Positions 1 through 12,886 of a stretch of DNA of 64,000 bases are shown piece by piece; within the stretch, counting starts at the first letter, position 1; each line of letters starts with the position of its first letter. Origin of the DNA: Selaginella moellendorffii (lineage: Eukaryota > Plantae > Lycopodiophyta); the NCBI RefSeq assembly GCF_000143415.4, contig NW_003314362.1, positions 532,657 through 596,656 of the forward strand. Direction: 5' to 3'. A program made the position numbers and the translations under genes. Under the pieces are notes generated by a model, which saw only the letters and a list, made by a program, of their open reading frames with translations, made no database searches and was not told where the DNA came from.

Positions 1-2
1 CG

Positions 3-677
3 ATATCCCGCAGCCACCAGCACACATGCAAGAGCACAGGACTAATGCTGTGGGAATCTGCCCTGGCAATGTCCCAGCTGCTGCTACGATTTCCATCTCT
101 TCTCCGAAACAAGACCGTGCTAGAACTCGGCAGTGGATGCGTCGGCATCTGCTCGTTGCTAGCGTCGCTCTCCGCAAGCCATGTCCTCACCACGGACGCG
201 GACACTCAAGCTCTCGACTTGCTCCAGCAAAACATCCAAGCCAACGCTCAAACTTTCCCAGTGGACAAGATATCCTGCCAGAGGCTGCAATGGGGTGACT
301 GTGGCGAGATCTCCTCGGTTCTAGGCCGTTTCTCCGGAGGATTCGAGTTCATCTTTGGAACAGACGTGACTTACGTTGAAGAGGCGCTCCCCGCGCTGTT
401 CGAGACCGCCAAGCAGCTGCTTTCTAGTGCTGCGAGCTCCAAGCCAAGCCTGCTGCTGTGTCATCTGACCAGGAGGATCGACGAAGCGCAGATAACTTCC
501 AGCGCCACTAGGCATGGTTTTCTTCTCAAACGCTGGTGGCTTAGCACGGATCAAAGCCTTGCTGTCGAAGAACTTGGCATAGACGAGGGATTTCACGCAG
601 GGACTTCCTACGTGTCCTCTCCAGTGATGTTTCTTTGGTACTCTTATAATTCTCAAGAAAATGAATTTCTCCATTGA
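3..677 (+). CDS. SAM-dependent methyltransferase (Methyltransf_16/METTL21-like domain), 5'-partial last exon
   Basis: The open frame runs from the window edge: HQHTCKSTGLMLWESA, motif I VLELGSGCVG, VLTTD, LQWG, IFGTDVTY; stop at 677. Confidence 0.85.
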   Translation: MSRSHQHTCKSTGLMLWESALAMSQLLLRFPSLLRNKTVLELGSGCVGICSLLASLSASHVLTTDADTQALDLLQQNIQANAQTFPVDKISCQRLQWGDCGEISSVLGRFSGGFEFIFGTDVTYVEEALPALFETAKQLLSSAASSKPSLLLCHLTRRIDEAQITSSATRHGFLLKRWWLSTDQSLAVEELGIDEGFHAGTSYVSSPVMFLWYSYNSQENEFLH

Positions 678-739
678 ATTAATTGTGTAGCCAAGATGAG
701 TTATATGTTCTTACATATGAAAAAAATCAATGCCACAGA

Positions 740-840
740 TGTACAAATGTAAATGTATGTATATCTATATATATATATACATACACATATATATACATAT
801 ATATATACATATAGACACACACACACATATATATATATAA
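740..840. repeat. (TA)n/(CA)n microsatellite
   Basis: Directly visible dinucleotide runs. Confidence 0.9.
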
Positions 841-1319
841 AGAAAAACTAATAAAATAAATAATATATGAATAAAAAATACTATTATTTCCAAAATCCCA
901 TATATTTGTGGTAAGACTAGTCACAAAAAAAAATTTTAAACACCATAAGACTTTTATTAAATTTGGGAAATTAATGATCCTTATCATCCAATCTTATTTA
1001 TTAATATCACTTGCTTACTCACTTGTTTATTCAATTGTCTATAAAGTTGCCTATAAGCTTACTTAAAAATTGTCTATACATGACTATTAGTTGTTTGGTC
1101 ATTAAAGCTTTTGTGTGTATTAGGTATTTGGTTTTATACATTCATCATTTTCCTCACAACAATAATGGTCCAGAACTGAAAGTGAAAAAAAGTTAATTTA
1201 TTTCTAAATGGAAGCACTGATATTATTAGAACAATGAGCAGGAAATGATTGTTAATGAGAAAACTAATTTAAATTCAAAAATTGTATCAACATAAATCTT
1301 AATGATGTTTGTGAAGGAG

Positions 1320-1670
1320 ATTACAATATGGAAAAATATTGTGTGCATTGTATTGCTTTTCTTTTTCACACAAAAACTTAGTCTTAATATTGTCATGGTG
1401 GTCGTGTCTCTTTCACAGAAAATTTAGATTTTTTTGCACTAATTCGTGATTTACTGAAAGAAAATATCTTTGTAAAAACTTTAAGGAATATAAAAGAAAT
1501 TACAATAGTGTATTAACCTTTGCATCCATGGGTGATAATATTGAAGAGATGAGTGATGGGGGATCTTATTATTTCAAAATACATAGTTAAAGTGTATCAT
1601 TCAATTGGAAACTTTAAATAAAAGGATAGTGAAGAAGTATAGTATTCCCAGTTATATATTTTAGATTCGG
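1320..1670 (+). pseudogene. Decayed Helitron Rep/helicase N-terminal fragment
   Basis: Translation across stops and frameshifts gives CVHCIA, CHGGRVS, RNYNSVLTFASMG, GSYYFKIH, VYHSIGN and YSQLYILD. These match Helitron motifs YNSxxAFTSMG, GPYxFRI, YHxIG and AQLYIxD. Confidence 0.7.
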
Positions 1671-3699
1671 TTTATTCAGTTTTCTTATTTCTCATAAAAG
1701 GTTTAAAATAGTATTAGTCTTGTTTTTATGCTCTTAATATGCTTTAAACTTATTAGCACTAAACATTATTCTAAAAACTACTCTCTCCATTACTTATATA
1801 AAGTTTTACAACTATACTATAAACTATTTAAAACTATTAAGTTAAAAAATTATTGTAATATCTAAAGGAATCACTAAAACTTTTGCTAAAAAAAATTAAG
1901 TTTTATTCTAGAATTGTTTCATATTTATTTAATTTATATTTTCCAGTGGAGCTAGAATCCCAGCTAGTATACATCTCTACTTTACAAACCCATATATTTG
2001 TGTCGAACTTGAAGTTTCATTGTGTAGTTTCTCTGAAATGTCTTTTGGCATATAGATTTATTAAGTAAAAAAAAATCTAATTCACCTATTAAATCCTTTT
2101 ACATTTGTTTCTCATTCTTATGTTAGTATCATGTCTTAATTTTTCATAATTATTAATAAAAAGTAACTCTTTTATATTTCTCATTTGCAAAAATTGTGTT
2201 GAGTCTATACATGAAATGGAAGCTCATTTTACTCAAACTTTGGAAATTATTCTTTAGAGGATTCTCCACTACACTATATGAGAAAAAAAATTGTCCACTC
2301 ACATTCAAGCATAAAGCAATTGTTAAGTATAGTGTAAAGTTTGTATGTATTTAGAGAAACAAGTGCTCCACCAAGGAGAAGAACAATGACTTGATTTACA
2401 AGAAAAGAGTATATTTTTTGGAAAGAGTGCAATTATTTTGGTTTACCCTTTATCAGAGAGATTAAAGTAGGTTTTAATTTGCTGGGAATGTGGTTTAGCT
2501 TTCAAAGTTTCTACAGACAGGTGCTTATCCATTACATTTTATAAAAAGGCATTGAGAAACATTGAGTGAAAGTGAAGTCATTGCTTTTGACATGGTAATG
2601 GTTTGAAGTTTCTTTCTGTAGCCTCCTACAATGCAACTAAATTTAACAAGTGGTAAAGATCATTTGGAGAAATGGCTATATACCTTTAAATCGGTGATAG
2701 AAGTGCCAAAGTCTATGCTTTGATCCCTTACACAACATTCCTTATGCAGCCTTGATTGTGTCTGTAGGAAAATCTGGGATTCCAGATCAATTCATCTCTA
2801 TAAAAAAACAACCTTGCTGCTAGGAAAAAAAAAAAAAAACCAACCAGCAGTTGGTGCTTCACTTTGGTTCTTCCAGGCCTTTTTGAGGGAAATAATAGTT
2901 CTTAGCTTCATTAATGCATTGTGTAGGGATGGGAAATCAGAATCAATGATTGATATTATTATTTGTCTGTTTTGTAATATAAACTCTAGCAAAATGAATA
3001 TCAGACTTGAGATAAGAAACTTGCCTGGATGGCTCTTTTGCACTCATTTGTGTGAGTCCTATAAAGAGAGAGAGAAGTGAGTTTATAGATCACTACACTT
3101 TTCTTCTATCATGCCACATCCATAGAGAGATGAAATTTATGTAGAGATTTAGTAGTTGGACAGGCAATGTTGGGGGAAGGAGGGATGTTTCCCTTAACGC
3201 TCGCTCAAACACGAGAAATGCTCTGATGCTCTTCACAAATGCCCCTCCTTGCCCTTGTGGGGCAAGGGTTTTATACAAGGAAGATGGGGAATATTTTGTG
3301 GACCAGAATATTCCCTCTCTCTCTCTCTAACAACAAATGAAGGAAAAAGGGTATCTCTAAAGTGGAGGGCATTTTTTGGATAAACAAGAAACAAATATGA
3401 CACATCCAATGCTAGAGTTGCAAACCGAATTGTCTTGGTCTGTCAACCTTGAGGTGCAACTAAATTGCCTATGCAACGTAGGAAAGATATTCAGCAAGAA
3501 ACACATAGGAGTTCCTACTTTATATCTATCTAATTAAGTACAGATGTTAATCCCAATTTACTAACACTTGAACAAAAGGGGTTGACAAAGGGAATCAACT
3601 ATACCGGTCTTTTATTGTCATAGAAGTAAAGAAAAAATATCTAAAAGAACTTACTAACAAGTAACTTTCCATACTTATCATATTCATAACAGTTCTATG

Positions 3700-5600
3700 C
3701 CTTTATTTCAAGATTGCAAGACTTGGGCTTAGAAAGAGGTGATACACTGGAACCCAAAAAATTATAAGGAAGCATTGGATATGGCTATCAAGATGCATTT
3801 TAATAAAAACTTATAAAAAAAGAACTTAACTAAGTTTGGGTTCATATTTAGCAAGGGATTCAATCAAAAGAGATATATGAAAAAAGGAAATTCAAGACAA
3901 ATTTCTCTAAAAATGAGTCCTTAGAGTTTGGGAAGGGTAAATCTAGAAAGCAAACATGTGGGGCCAAAAGTGTTACAAATATGACTTTGGGTATCAAAAA
4001 ATACTTGTTAGCCAGTCCTTACAAACACTCTCCCCTTACTGCCACGATGATAGAAGGTCGATATTGCTGATTTTCTTTATGTTCTCCACCCAAGCTAATT
4101 GTGAAATTAGTCATTATGTGTGCACTTGACTAGATGAGCATAGGGATCGAATTCTTAAATGCTATTAGTCAAGTATATTTGACTTGGTTAAAGAAACTCA
4201 TTCATTGACTTATACTTATTAGTGACGATATTGAACTTAGTTCCTCAATATCATTATATGGTAATTTATTGTGTCCACCAAACACCCTCACTATCCTGTC
4301 CTATGTATTGGTTCCATTCTGGATCCAAATGCTATTTATGATAAAGGTCTAAATCTGTTTAAAAGATTTATGGAATGTAAAGAGTGTCTTAAACTCTATG
4401 GTGTTGTTCCTGCTTCACATTTGTCCCAAAGACTAACTCCTAATACTAAGGGTGGCTAGGGGTGAAAGCCCAAAGTGTGTGTTCTTGGGTGTAAAGGGGT
4501 TATGGGGAGTTAGTAGGGATAGTGGTTGGAATGTATGGTTGACCACTTGAGACATTAATTTAGCTTCCATTAGGTTATGTCGCTTCTTGTTCTATGTCTA
4601 GCTTATGTCTAAGCCTAAGCTCTATGCTACTTTAATTGGTGAGGCACCCTTCTCACATTAGGCCACTGATATGCCAAAATTATGCCAAACATCGTTTGAC
4701 ATTGATTTGCATATAGATGCTGGATATGAGAAGCTGGTGCTCATAGGATTAAGAGTGTATTAGACCCTCATTTTGTAGTGTAGTGAGTTTGGAGTTTAGC
4801 TTCAAATTCATATGCACTACAAAAAGGGACAAACCCTTCAATAAAAAGACCAACTCCATTAACAATATGGGGAACTATATATGTTTCAATTTTTAGGAGT
4901 CTAGACACTTCTTAAGAGAATGTTTCTACCCGAATAAAGCTAGGATTAATATAACTATTAAGTTGGGTAAAGTGTAAATTGATAAAATTTGAATATATTA
5001 TCATTGTAGATCCTTAAAACTTTAAAGGATATATGGGGATAAAATAACCACTAAAGTCTTTTTCATCAAGAAATTTCCCATTTTTCAATTAGTTTAAAGG
5101 GGGAAAGTAAGGTGTGGTATATTTGGTATTGGAGCAAATGGGACAAGTTTGATTTTTATTGATTAGTGGCTATTTAAAATATCATATACCCTTGAACAAG
5201 GTATATTCTACTGCTTCTCAGGACAGCTCGAATGGCGGTGTCCAGCACCGTGACGAGGTCAAATCTTCTCAAGAGCAGCTTGCTGGCAATCATTGAAATC
5301 ATATATATTGGGCATTCACAGATAAAAGTATTTACTGTGGAACCAAATTGATTATCTTATATAGAATAATTAGTCTACATAATAGAAAGATTAGTAAATT
5401 CAATGCAGAAATGGAAATGTTGGTCCCCTTGGCTTAATAGGAGCTGTTGGGCATTATTGATATGGGTGATTCAAATAATAAGGTTGTCTTGGATATGGCA
5501 AGATTTAATATAATTTTTTGGATTGATTGGTTCAATTAGTTTATAATGGCCTTGCATGGACAAGGTAGAAACTTATTGATATTGGCAAATGCTTAGAGAT
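3700..5600 (+). pseudogene. Old Ty3/gypsy gag-protease remnant related to element X, interrupted by solo LTR-B
   Basis: FSKNESLEFGKGKS (~3900), DKPFNKKT..RHFLREC (4825-4930) and [26 protein letters not shown] (5480-5595) align with X gag-pol. Confidence 0.65.
3971..4821 (+). mobile_element. Solo LTR (family B), 851 bp
   Basis: TGTTACA...ACTACA termini with AAAAG on both sides (3966-3970, 4822-4826). Homologous copy at 41020-41568. Confidence 0.7.
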
Positions 5601-5639
5601 GGACGATAAGGACAATAAAGTTCTACAACCACCCTTGGT

Positions 5640-8146
5640 TGCATGAATTTCAAAGTTCCAACTTCCAAAAGCACCCAATTTTAAAAGCATGTGGGACTAT
5701 CAGGTTTTGGAAGATTAAGTCTATGATATGGAAAACTATTTCATAGTGGCAGACATAGATGATCATACAAATGCATTTCTCATCAATCATGCCAAAACTT
5801 GGTGGTGCCAAGTATGTGCCAAAAAAGGCAAACTAGAAGTTGGCTTAAGATCTAGTCTCATATCTATAAAGAATACTTGCCAGATGATCTTAGTCTAAGA
5901 CTTTGTGCTAAGCTATGATGGTTAAAGTAGCATGGGGATCTTATGCATTACATTAATGTGTTTGCCCAGAAGTGTATTATAATTGCAAATATGAGTGATA
6001 AAGATGTTGGAAGTTATTTTTCAAAAGGTTTTCTCATAATAAGATTTTGAAGTTGAAGTTAAAGATATATCTATAGTGTAAAGAGGTAACATAACAAGTT
6101 GCCTTTAGTCACTCACTCATAGAACAGTATTAACAGCTATATACTGGTACTATAAACAAAAATAAAAACTCTAGGAATAAACAAGGTGATCAGAAATAGA
6201 GGATGGAAGGAAAGTCTTACCTTGGAGGCTTACAAACAATAGTTAACAAAGGTGGTGGTTGGTGACCATTAACAGCTTTTTCTAGTCTTCGGTTTTTGTT
6301 CCTCCTCCTAGTGGGTACAAGCAATAGCAATCTATGAAACTTACTCCTAACAGAACGGGTATTATAAGTCATTGCTTCCATTGTGAAGAGGCAGAACATA
6401 GGTCCTCAAAATGTCCTAACAAGCATAAAACAAAGTCTCATGTTAATGTCATTAGGGAAGACAGTGGTGGTAAAACTAAAGGGATTGACAAGTTGGTCAA
6501 TATAGACTATGAGGAAGAGGAGGTGAGTTACTTTCGTTACTTTTCTTAAACTTTTTTTGCAATTAACACAAGCACTAATCCATTGATGTATTTGGTAGGC
6601 TTTGTCCATAGACACCACATTCAAGTGATGATTGACATAAGAACTACACACAACATGATATCCAAAGACTTAGTATAAGCAGATGTTACCCATACAATTT
6701 CGGTTTATAGAAAGTGGGCAAGTATCCAGAAGATTTGTGAGTGATGTTCCAATAAAAATGTTCAAATGGAAAAAAAGATTGGATTTGGTAGTTGAAGATA
6801 CCAAATTTTCAGATAGTGTTTGGTATGGATTTCTTCAATAAATATATCAAAGGGATTTATAGTGCTAGATAAAGTCATATCACGTTGAGATCAAAAGGAC
6901 ATCTTGATGTGTCCTTCCAGTTGCAAAAGTGCTCCTCAAAGGATTAGGATGCTAAATTCTTGATTGCAAGAGTTGCTCAAAAATTAGTTAAAAAGGGATG
7001 TCAGACCTTTTGGGTTTAAGTGATGGAAGCTGAGGGTGATGGTTACTTAATTCAAATTAGTGACAGAGTTGATCCTATACCAGAGGAAATATTAAACTTG
7101 TTGGCGTGAAATTAAGATATCTTTCTGAAGGATTTGCCACTAAAGGTACCTCCTAGCTGTGAAGTTGATCATTGGATTGAGATTGTTCTGAGTTCTAAAC
7201 CCCTTACAAAGGCTCTATATCATTTAAATATCGAGAAGGTGGCTAAACTCAAAAAACAATTCATAGAGCTTCTTGACAAAGGTCATATCCAACCAAGCAA
7301 ATCATCTTATGGAATGCTAGTCCTTTTTGTTATAAAAAAGGATGGTACAATGAGGTTGTGTATTAATTATCAAGCTCTCAACAAAATTACGGTCATAATC
7401 AGTTATCCTTTATCTCGCATTGATGACTTGTTTGACCAACTCTTAAAGGCTAAGTATTTTACGTGACTTGATTTGCGGTTTAGGTATCATTAGGTATGGA
7501 TGGCAAATCAAGATGTGGAGAAAACAACCTTTAAAACTTAGTATGGATTCTATGAGTTCCTTGTTATGTCATTTGGGTTATGTAATGCTCTAACAATGTT
7601 CAGTACAATAATGGATAGAATATTTGAAGATTATTTAGATACATTTTATTGTCCTATATATTGACAATGTTCTAGTTTTTAGTGAAACGTTGGAGGATCA
7701 TTTGAAACACTTGGAGCTAGTGTTTCCAAAATTGCGTAAACACAAACTATATGCTAAAGATAGTAAATGTGCTTTTAGACAATTGCATATGAACTTTCTT
7801 GGGTATATAGTTGATAGTGGTGTAATTAAGGTGGATCTAAAGAAAGTTGAAGCAATGAAATTTTAGGAAGTTCCAACTACTATATCAAATATTCGTTCTT
7901 TTTTCGGTTTGGCAGGATATTATTGTAAGTTTGTTCACAATTTTACAAGTATTGCTCTTCCATTGACTGAGTTAACAAGGGGTAGTATACCGTTTCATTG
8001 GACACCAACTTGTCAGTGTGCTTTTGTATAGTTGACGGAGATTTTGATTATGGTTCTTGTTCTCAGAATCCCAAATCTTGATAAACCTTTTGAAGTGCAT
8101 TGTGATGCATCTAACTATGTTATAGGTGTTGTGTTGCAGCAAGAAG
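5640..8146 (+). pseudogene. Degenerate Ty3/gypsy gag-pol (gag, Zn knuckle, RT, start of RNase H)
   Basis: DYQVLED*VYDMENYF; CFHCEEAEHRSSKC; [35 protein letters not shown]; FEVHCDASNYVIGVVLQQE; many stops. Confidence 0.85.
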
Positions 8147-8660
8147 TGTAAGCCACAAATATTTCCTTTCCAATTTGTTAGCTTACCTTGTCTATCCAAC
8201 CACCATGGCCTTGGCCTTAATTAAGTTCTTTCGCCAAAGTTCCCACATATTATACTAGCTCCTACTTGGTCCTACTTGGTTTCAACAACTCATTGTATGA
8301 GCAACCGTGTGTTAGCCATCCATCCACAGATTCCCAATCTTTTTCCCAATCCCCCTCCTCGGGTTAAATTGGACTTAAGGTTCAACTACATTCCTCATAG
8401 ACACAAGCAGCTAAGCACACCAAGCCTCTAGATTCCTAATAGCCCTTGGTATAACAAGACTTGATCATGGGACCCTCTAAATCCCAAACTTTGGGTGCAA
8501 CACTTGCTTTGGGACACCGGGGGGAAACACCACGGCCTAACGGCTTGATATGGGTACCCCTACTCCCCCATTTCCATGCTGAATGGAAGGCTTAAACACC
8601 TAGGAAGGGTGAGGACCAATGAGCCGTAAAGTACTCAAGTGGGGCACCACTCCACATGGG

Positions 8661-10386
8661 TGTAAGTGACTAATTTTTCCATTTTACTTTAGTCACTTAA
8701 CCACACCTCCGACCACTTGGAGGAGTCTCATTCACAACCTCCACAAGTCCCAGTTAGGACTTGGGGCTTGCTAGCCCCGAGGATGGCATCCATGCCACTC
8801 AACCTTTGCACTTGGTCCACGTGTCCGATCCCATGATCGACACCCCAAGGTACCACCGACATATCGGCCCGTTACGCTGAGGCCATACCTATTCACCTTG
8901 GTCACACCAGTGGTCCAACACCACCTACATTGCAATCCCATCCCTCATAGACTAGGCCATCCATCGATGAGTGATCATCCCAGATCCACTCCTTAGCATC
9001 CTTAGGATGCTCGCAGACTTAGGGAATAACCTTCCCCAATATCTCTTTTCCGGTCCCCACCAAGTCCCTCTCTGTCGATGGCCGTGTTCACCAACACTAC
9101 CACTGGATTAAGGCCCGCAGGTCCGACCTCTAAGTCCAACTGTCCTCTGGGACTTCCTCACTGGGTGACCGTGTCCTTTGTCACCACACCAGAGGGCTAC
9201 TCCTCTTCCTTTCCACAGTCTGAGACTTTGGGACAACATTTCGGAACACCGTGGCCTTACGCAAACCTCATGGGTACTTTCCCTGCCTTTCGCCTTTAGG
9301 TGCTCTAGTCATGGGCTTAGAGCGAGGTTCTGTTGAGCCATGACAGGTATCCAAGTAGGTAGTGCCACCCACACTTGGACTGGGAGCATCGGCTAGTCGA
9401 TCTCCCGGGGGAACTAGAGCCGGCTCTTGAACACTTCACCAAGCTACCCTACTTGTCGGTTTGTGTTCACTCTAGTCTTGGACTTCCCAGTGGGCAGCTC
9501 ATCACCCAACACTGGGTCCGGCCTTCCTGGGCCAAACTGGCCTTTCCTGGCCAAACTGGCTCCACTGCAGTCCTCCCTCTACTATACTTTTAGAGCTCAC
9601 CAAACCCCCCAAGGTCTGGGAGACGAACGCTTTGGGCTTTCACCCTCTTAGACTCGAACTCAGACTCGGACTCGGACTCGGACTCGGACTCGGACTCGGG
9701 CTCGGTCTCGGCCTCGGCCTCGGTCTTGGTCTCGGTCCCGGTCTCGGTCTCGGTCTCGGTCCCGGTCTCAGTCCCGGTCTCGGTCTCGACTTCGGACTCC
9801 ATCTCGGGTCCATCTCGGGTCCATCTCGAGTCCATCTCGGACTCCATTTCGGGTCCATCTCGGACTCCATCTCGGACTCCATCTCGGGTCCATCTCGGAC
9901 TCCATCTCGGGTCCATCTTGGACTCCATCTCGGACTCCATCTCGGGTCCATCTCGGACTCCATTTCGGGTCCATCTCGGACTCCATCTCAAGTCCATCTC
10001 GGACTCCATCTCGCTCCATTTCGGGTCCATTTCGGGTCCATCTCGGACTCCACCTCGGACTCCATCTCGGGTCCACCTCGGACTCCACCTCGGACTCCAT
10101 CTCGGGGTCCTTCTCGGACTCCACTTCGGACTCCAACTCGGGTCCATCTCGGACACTTCCACGTGTCATGTGTTAGTCCTTTTTGGGTCCCTTTTTGGAG
10201 CCTCGCTTATGGCTCACTTCGTGCCCATTCCTCAAGCACTTTGTTAGGGGTTCCACTCTCACTCTCGACCTTTCAAGGTGGAGCTTTTAGTCCAAACGTG
10301 TTACGCTCGTTTGGCTTTCGCTTCGGCCACTACCACGTGGCGCCCCTCCGGCTCCACTTTGGGGCCTAGGTATTTTGTGTCTCACA
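8661..10386 (-). mobile_element. Family-C LTR (3' LTR of a truncated element; internal sequence continues to ~13130)
   Basis: tgtaagtgac...tctcaca termini followed by PPT-complement actccaccacc; inserted inside the family-A LTR. Confidence 0.8.
9650..10155. repeat. GGACTC hexamer and 11/12-bp GGACTCCATCTC/GGGTCCATCTC tandem array inside LTR-C
   Basis: Directly visible; it explains the low-complexity ORFs here. Confidence 0.9.
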
Positions 10387-10994
10387 ACTCCACCACCTAT
10401 AGATGAAGTTTGATGTCCTCATCGAATGGTAAACCCTTTCATAAAGTAACACCCGCATGTGTTACCATTTCCATCCTTGGCACCTAGCCAATATCTGTCT
10501 ATGGTTTGACACCGAAGGCTCACTATGCCTTGTTCATCCTCTAAGGAGCATAGCCTCTCTAACTTAGAGGCTCATTTGACCACTTGTGGTGGTTCTCTCC
10601 TTTTATTGGTTTAGTTCTTACTAAACCTGTTAAAGACACCTTCTTTAACTCGATCCCACTACTCGTTCTCGAGTGGTCTCACTTTCTAGCGCTATAACCC
10701 TTGCACTTTGGAACTTTTAATTCTGACTTCTCGAAGTCAATTTCCTAGGTGTCTCTGACACCTTGCATTGCACATATTGTGCAATTCCACTTCCTCATCC
10801 TAGGAAGTTCTCCACTTGAGGGCACCATCATCCTCTGTTCGATTTCATGCCACCTTTGGGCACTGAGTTCCAGTTATCATATTTTGTGCTAGGGCTGTCC
10901 ATGGCCCTATCTTTTGGCTACTTTGCCGCTCCCTCACTTGGAGCTTTTACTTCACCAAATTGGAGCACTTAGGAATCCATCCTTGGAAGTCCAC

Positions 10995-12886
10995 TGTGAG
11001 ACACAAAATCCCTAGGCCCCAAAGTGGAGCTGGAAGGGCGCCACATGGTAGTGGCCGAAGCGAGAGCCAAACGAGCGTAACACGTTTGGACCAAAAGCTC
11101 CGACTTGAAAAGTCAAGAGCGGGAGTGGAACTCCCAATGAAGTGCTCGAGGAACGAGCACGAAGCGAGCAAAAGGCAAGGCTCCAAAAAGGGACCCAAAA
11201 GGACCAACACATGACACGTGGGAGTGTCCGAGATGGACTCGAGTTGGAGTCCGAAGTGGAGTCCGAGATGGACCCGAGTTGGAGTCCGAAGTGGAGTCCG
11301 AGATGGACCCGAGTTGGAGTCCGAAGTGGAGTCCGAGATGGACCCGAGTTGGAGTCCGAAGTGGAGTCCGAGATGGACCCGAGTTGGAGTCCGAAGTGGA
11401 GTCCGAGATGGACCCGAGATGGACCCGAGATGGAGTCCGAGTTGGAGTCCGAAGTGGAGTCCGAGATGGACCCGAGATGGAGTCCGAGTTGGAGTCCGAA
11501 GTGGAGTCCGAGATGGACCCGAGATGGAGTCCGAGATGGAGTCCGAGGTGGACCCGAGATGGACCCGAAATGGAGTCCGAGATGGAGTCCGAGATGGAGT
11601 CCGAGATGGAGTCCGAGATGGACCCGAGATGGAGTCCGAGATGGAGTCCGAGATGGACCCGAGATGGACCCGAGATGGAGTCCGAGACGGAGTCCGAGAT
11701 GGAGTCCGAGATGGAGTCCGAAGTCGAGACCAAGACCGAGACCGGGACCGAGACCGAGACCGAGACCGAGATCGGGACCGAGACCGAGACCGAGGCCGAG
11801 GCTGAGACCGAGCCCGAGCCCGAGTCCGAGTCCGAATCCGAGTCCGAGTCCGAGTCCGAGTCCGAGTCCGAGTCCGAGTCCGGAGCCTGAGAGGGTGAAA
11901 GCCCAAAGCGTTCGTCTCCCAGACCCTGGGGGGTTTGGTGAGCTCCAAAAGTATAGTAGGGGGAGGACTGCAGTGGAGCCAGTTTGGCCAGGAAAGGCCA
12001 GTTTGGCCCAGGAAGGCCGGACCCAGTGTTGGGTGATGAGCTGCCCATTGGGAAGTCCAAGACTAGAGTGAACACGGACCAACAAGTGGGGTAGCTTGGT
12101 GAAGTGTTCGAGAGCCGGCTCTAGTTCCCCCGGGAGATCGACTGGCCGATGCTCCCAGTCCAAGTGTGGGTGGCACTACCTACTTGGACACCTGTTGTGG
12201 CTCAACGGAACCTCGCTCTAAGCCCATGGCTAGAGCACCTAAAGGCGAAAGGCGAGGAGAGTACCCAGGTGGCTCGCGTAAGGCCACGGTGTTCCGAAAT
12301 GTTGCCCCGAAGGCCCAGACTGTGGAAAGGAAGAGGAACAGTCCTCTGGGGTAGTGACCAAGGACACAGTCGTGTGGTGGGGAAGTCCCAGAGGACCGTG
12401 GGACTTAGTGGTCGGGCCTGTGGGTCTTGATCCAGTGGCAGTGTTGGCAAACACGGCCAGGGGCAGAAAGGGACTTAGTGGGGACTGACAGAGGGATATT
12501 GGGGAAGGTTATTCCCCTTGTCGGTGGGCATCCTAAGGATGCTAAGGAGTGGATCTGAGATGACCACTCACGGATGGTTTGCCTAGTCTTGGAGAGCCAA
12601 GACTGTGATGCAAGTGGTATTGGACTACCAGTGTGGCAAAGGTGATTGGGCATGGCCTTAGCGTAACGGGCTGCTATGTCGGTGGTACCTTTGAGTGTCG
12701 GTCATGGGATCGGACACGTGGAGCACTTGGACCAAGTGCAAATGTTGAGTGGCATGGATGCCATTCTCGGGGCTAGCAAGTCCCAAGTCCTGGATTGGAC
12801 TTATGGAGGTGGTGAATGAGACTCCTCCAAGTGGTCAGAGGTGTGGTTAAGTGACTAAAGTAGAATGGAAAATTTAGTCGCTTACA
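10995..12886 (+). mobile_element. Solo LTR family C, 1892 bp, opposite orientation to 8661-10386
   Basis: TGTGAGAC...CTTACA termini; TSD TCCAC at 10990-10994 and 12887-12891. Confidence 0.9.
11222..11885. repeat. Tandem array in solo LTR-C with a 35-bp higher-order unit (gagttggagtccgaagtggagtccgagatggaccc)
   Basis: Directly visible repeats. Confidence 0.9.

Noticed and set aside
9590-12163. Many long ORFs (WSPRWTR, GLGLG, SESES)
   Set aside because: They are translations of stop-free tandem repeats inside LTR-C.
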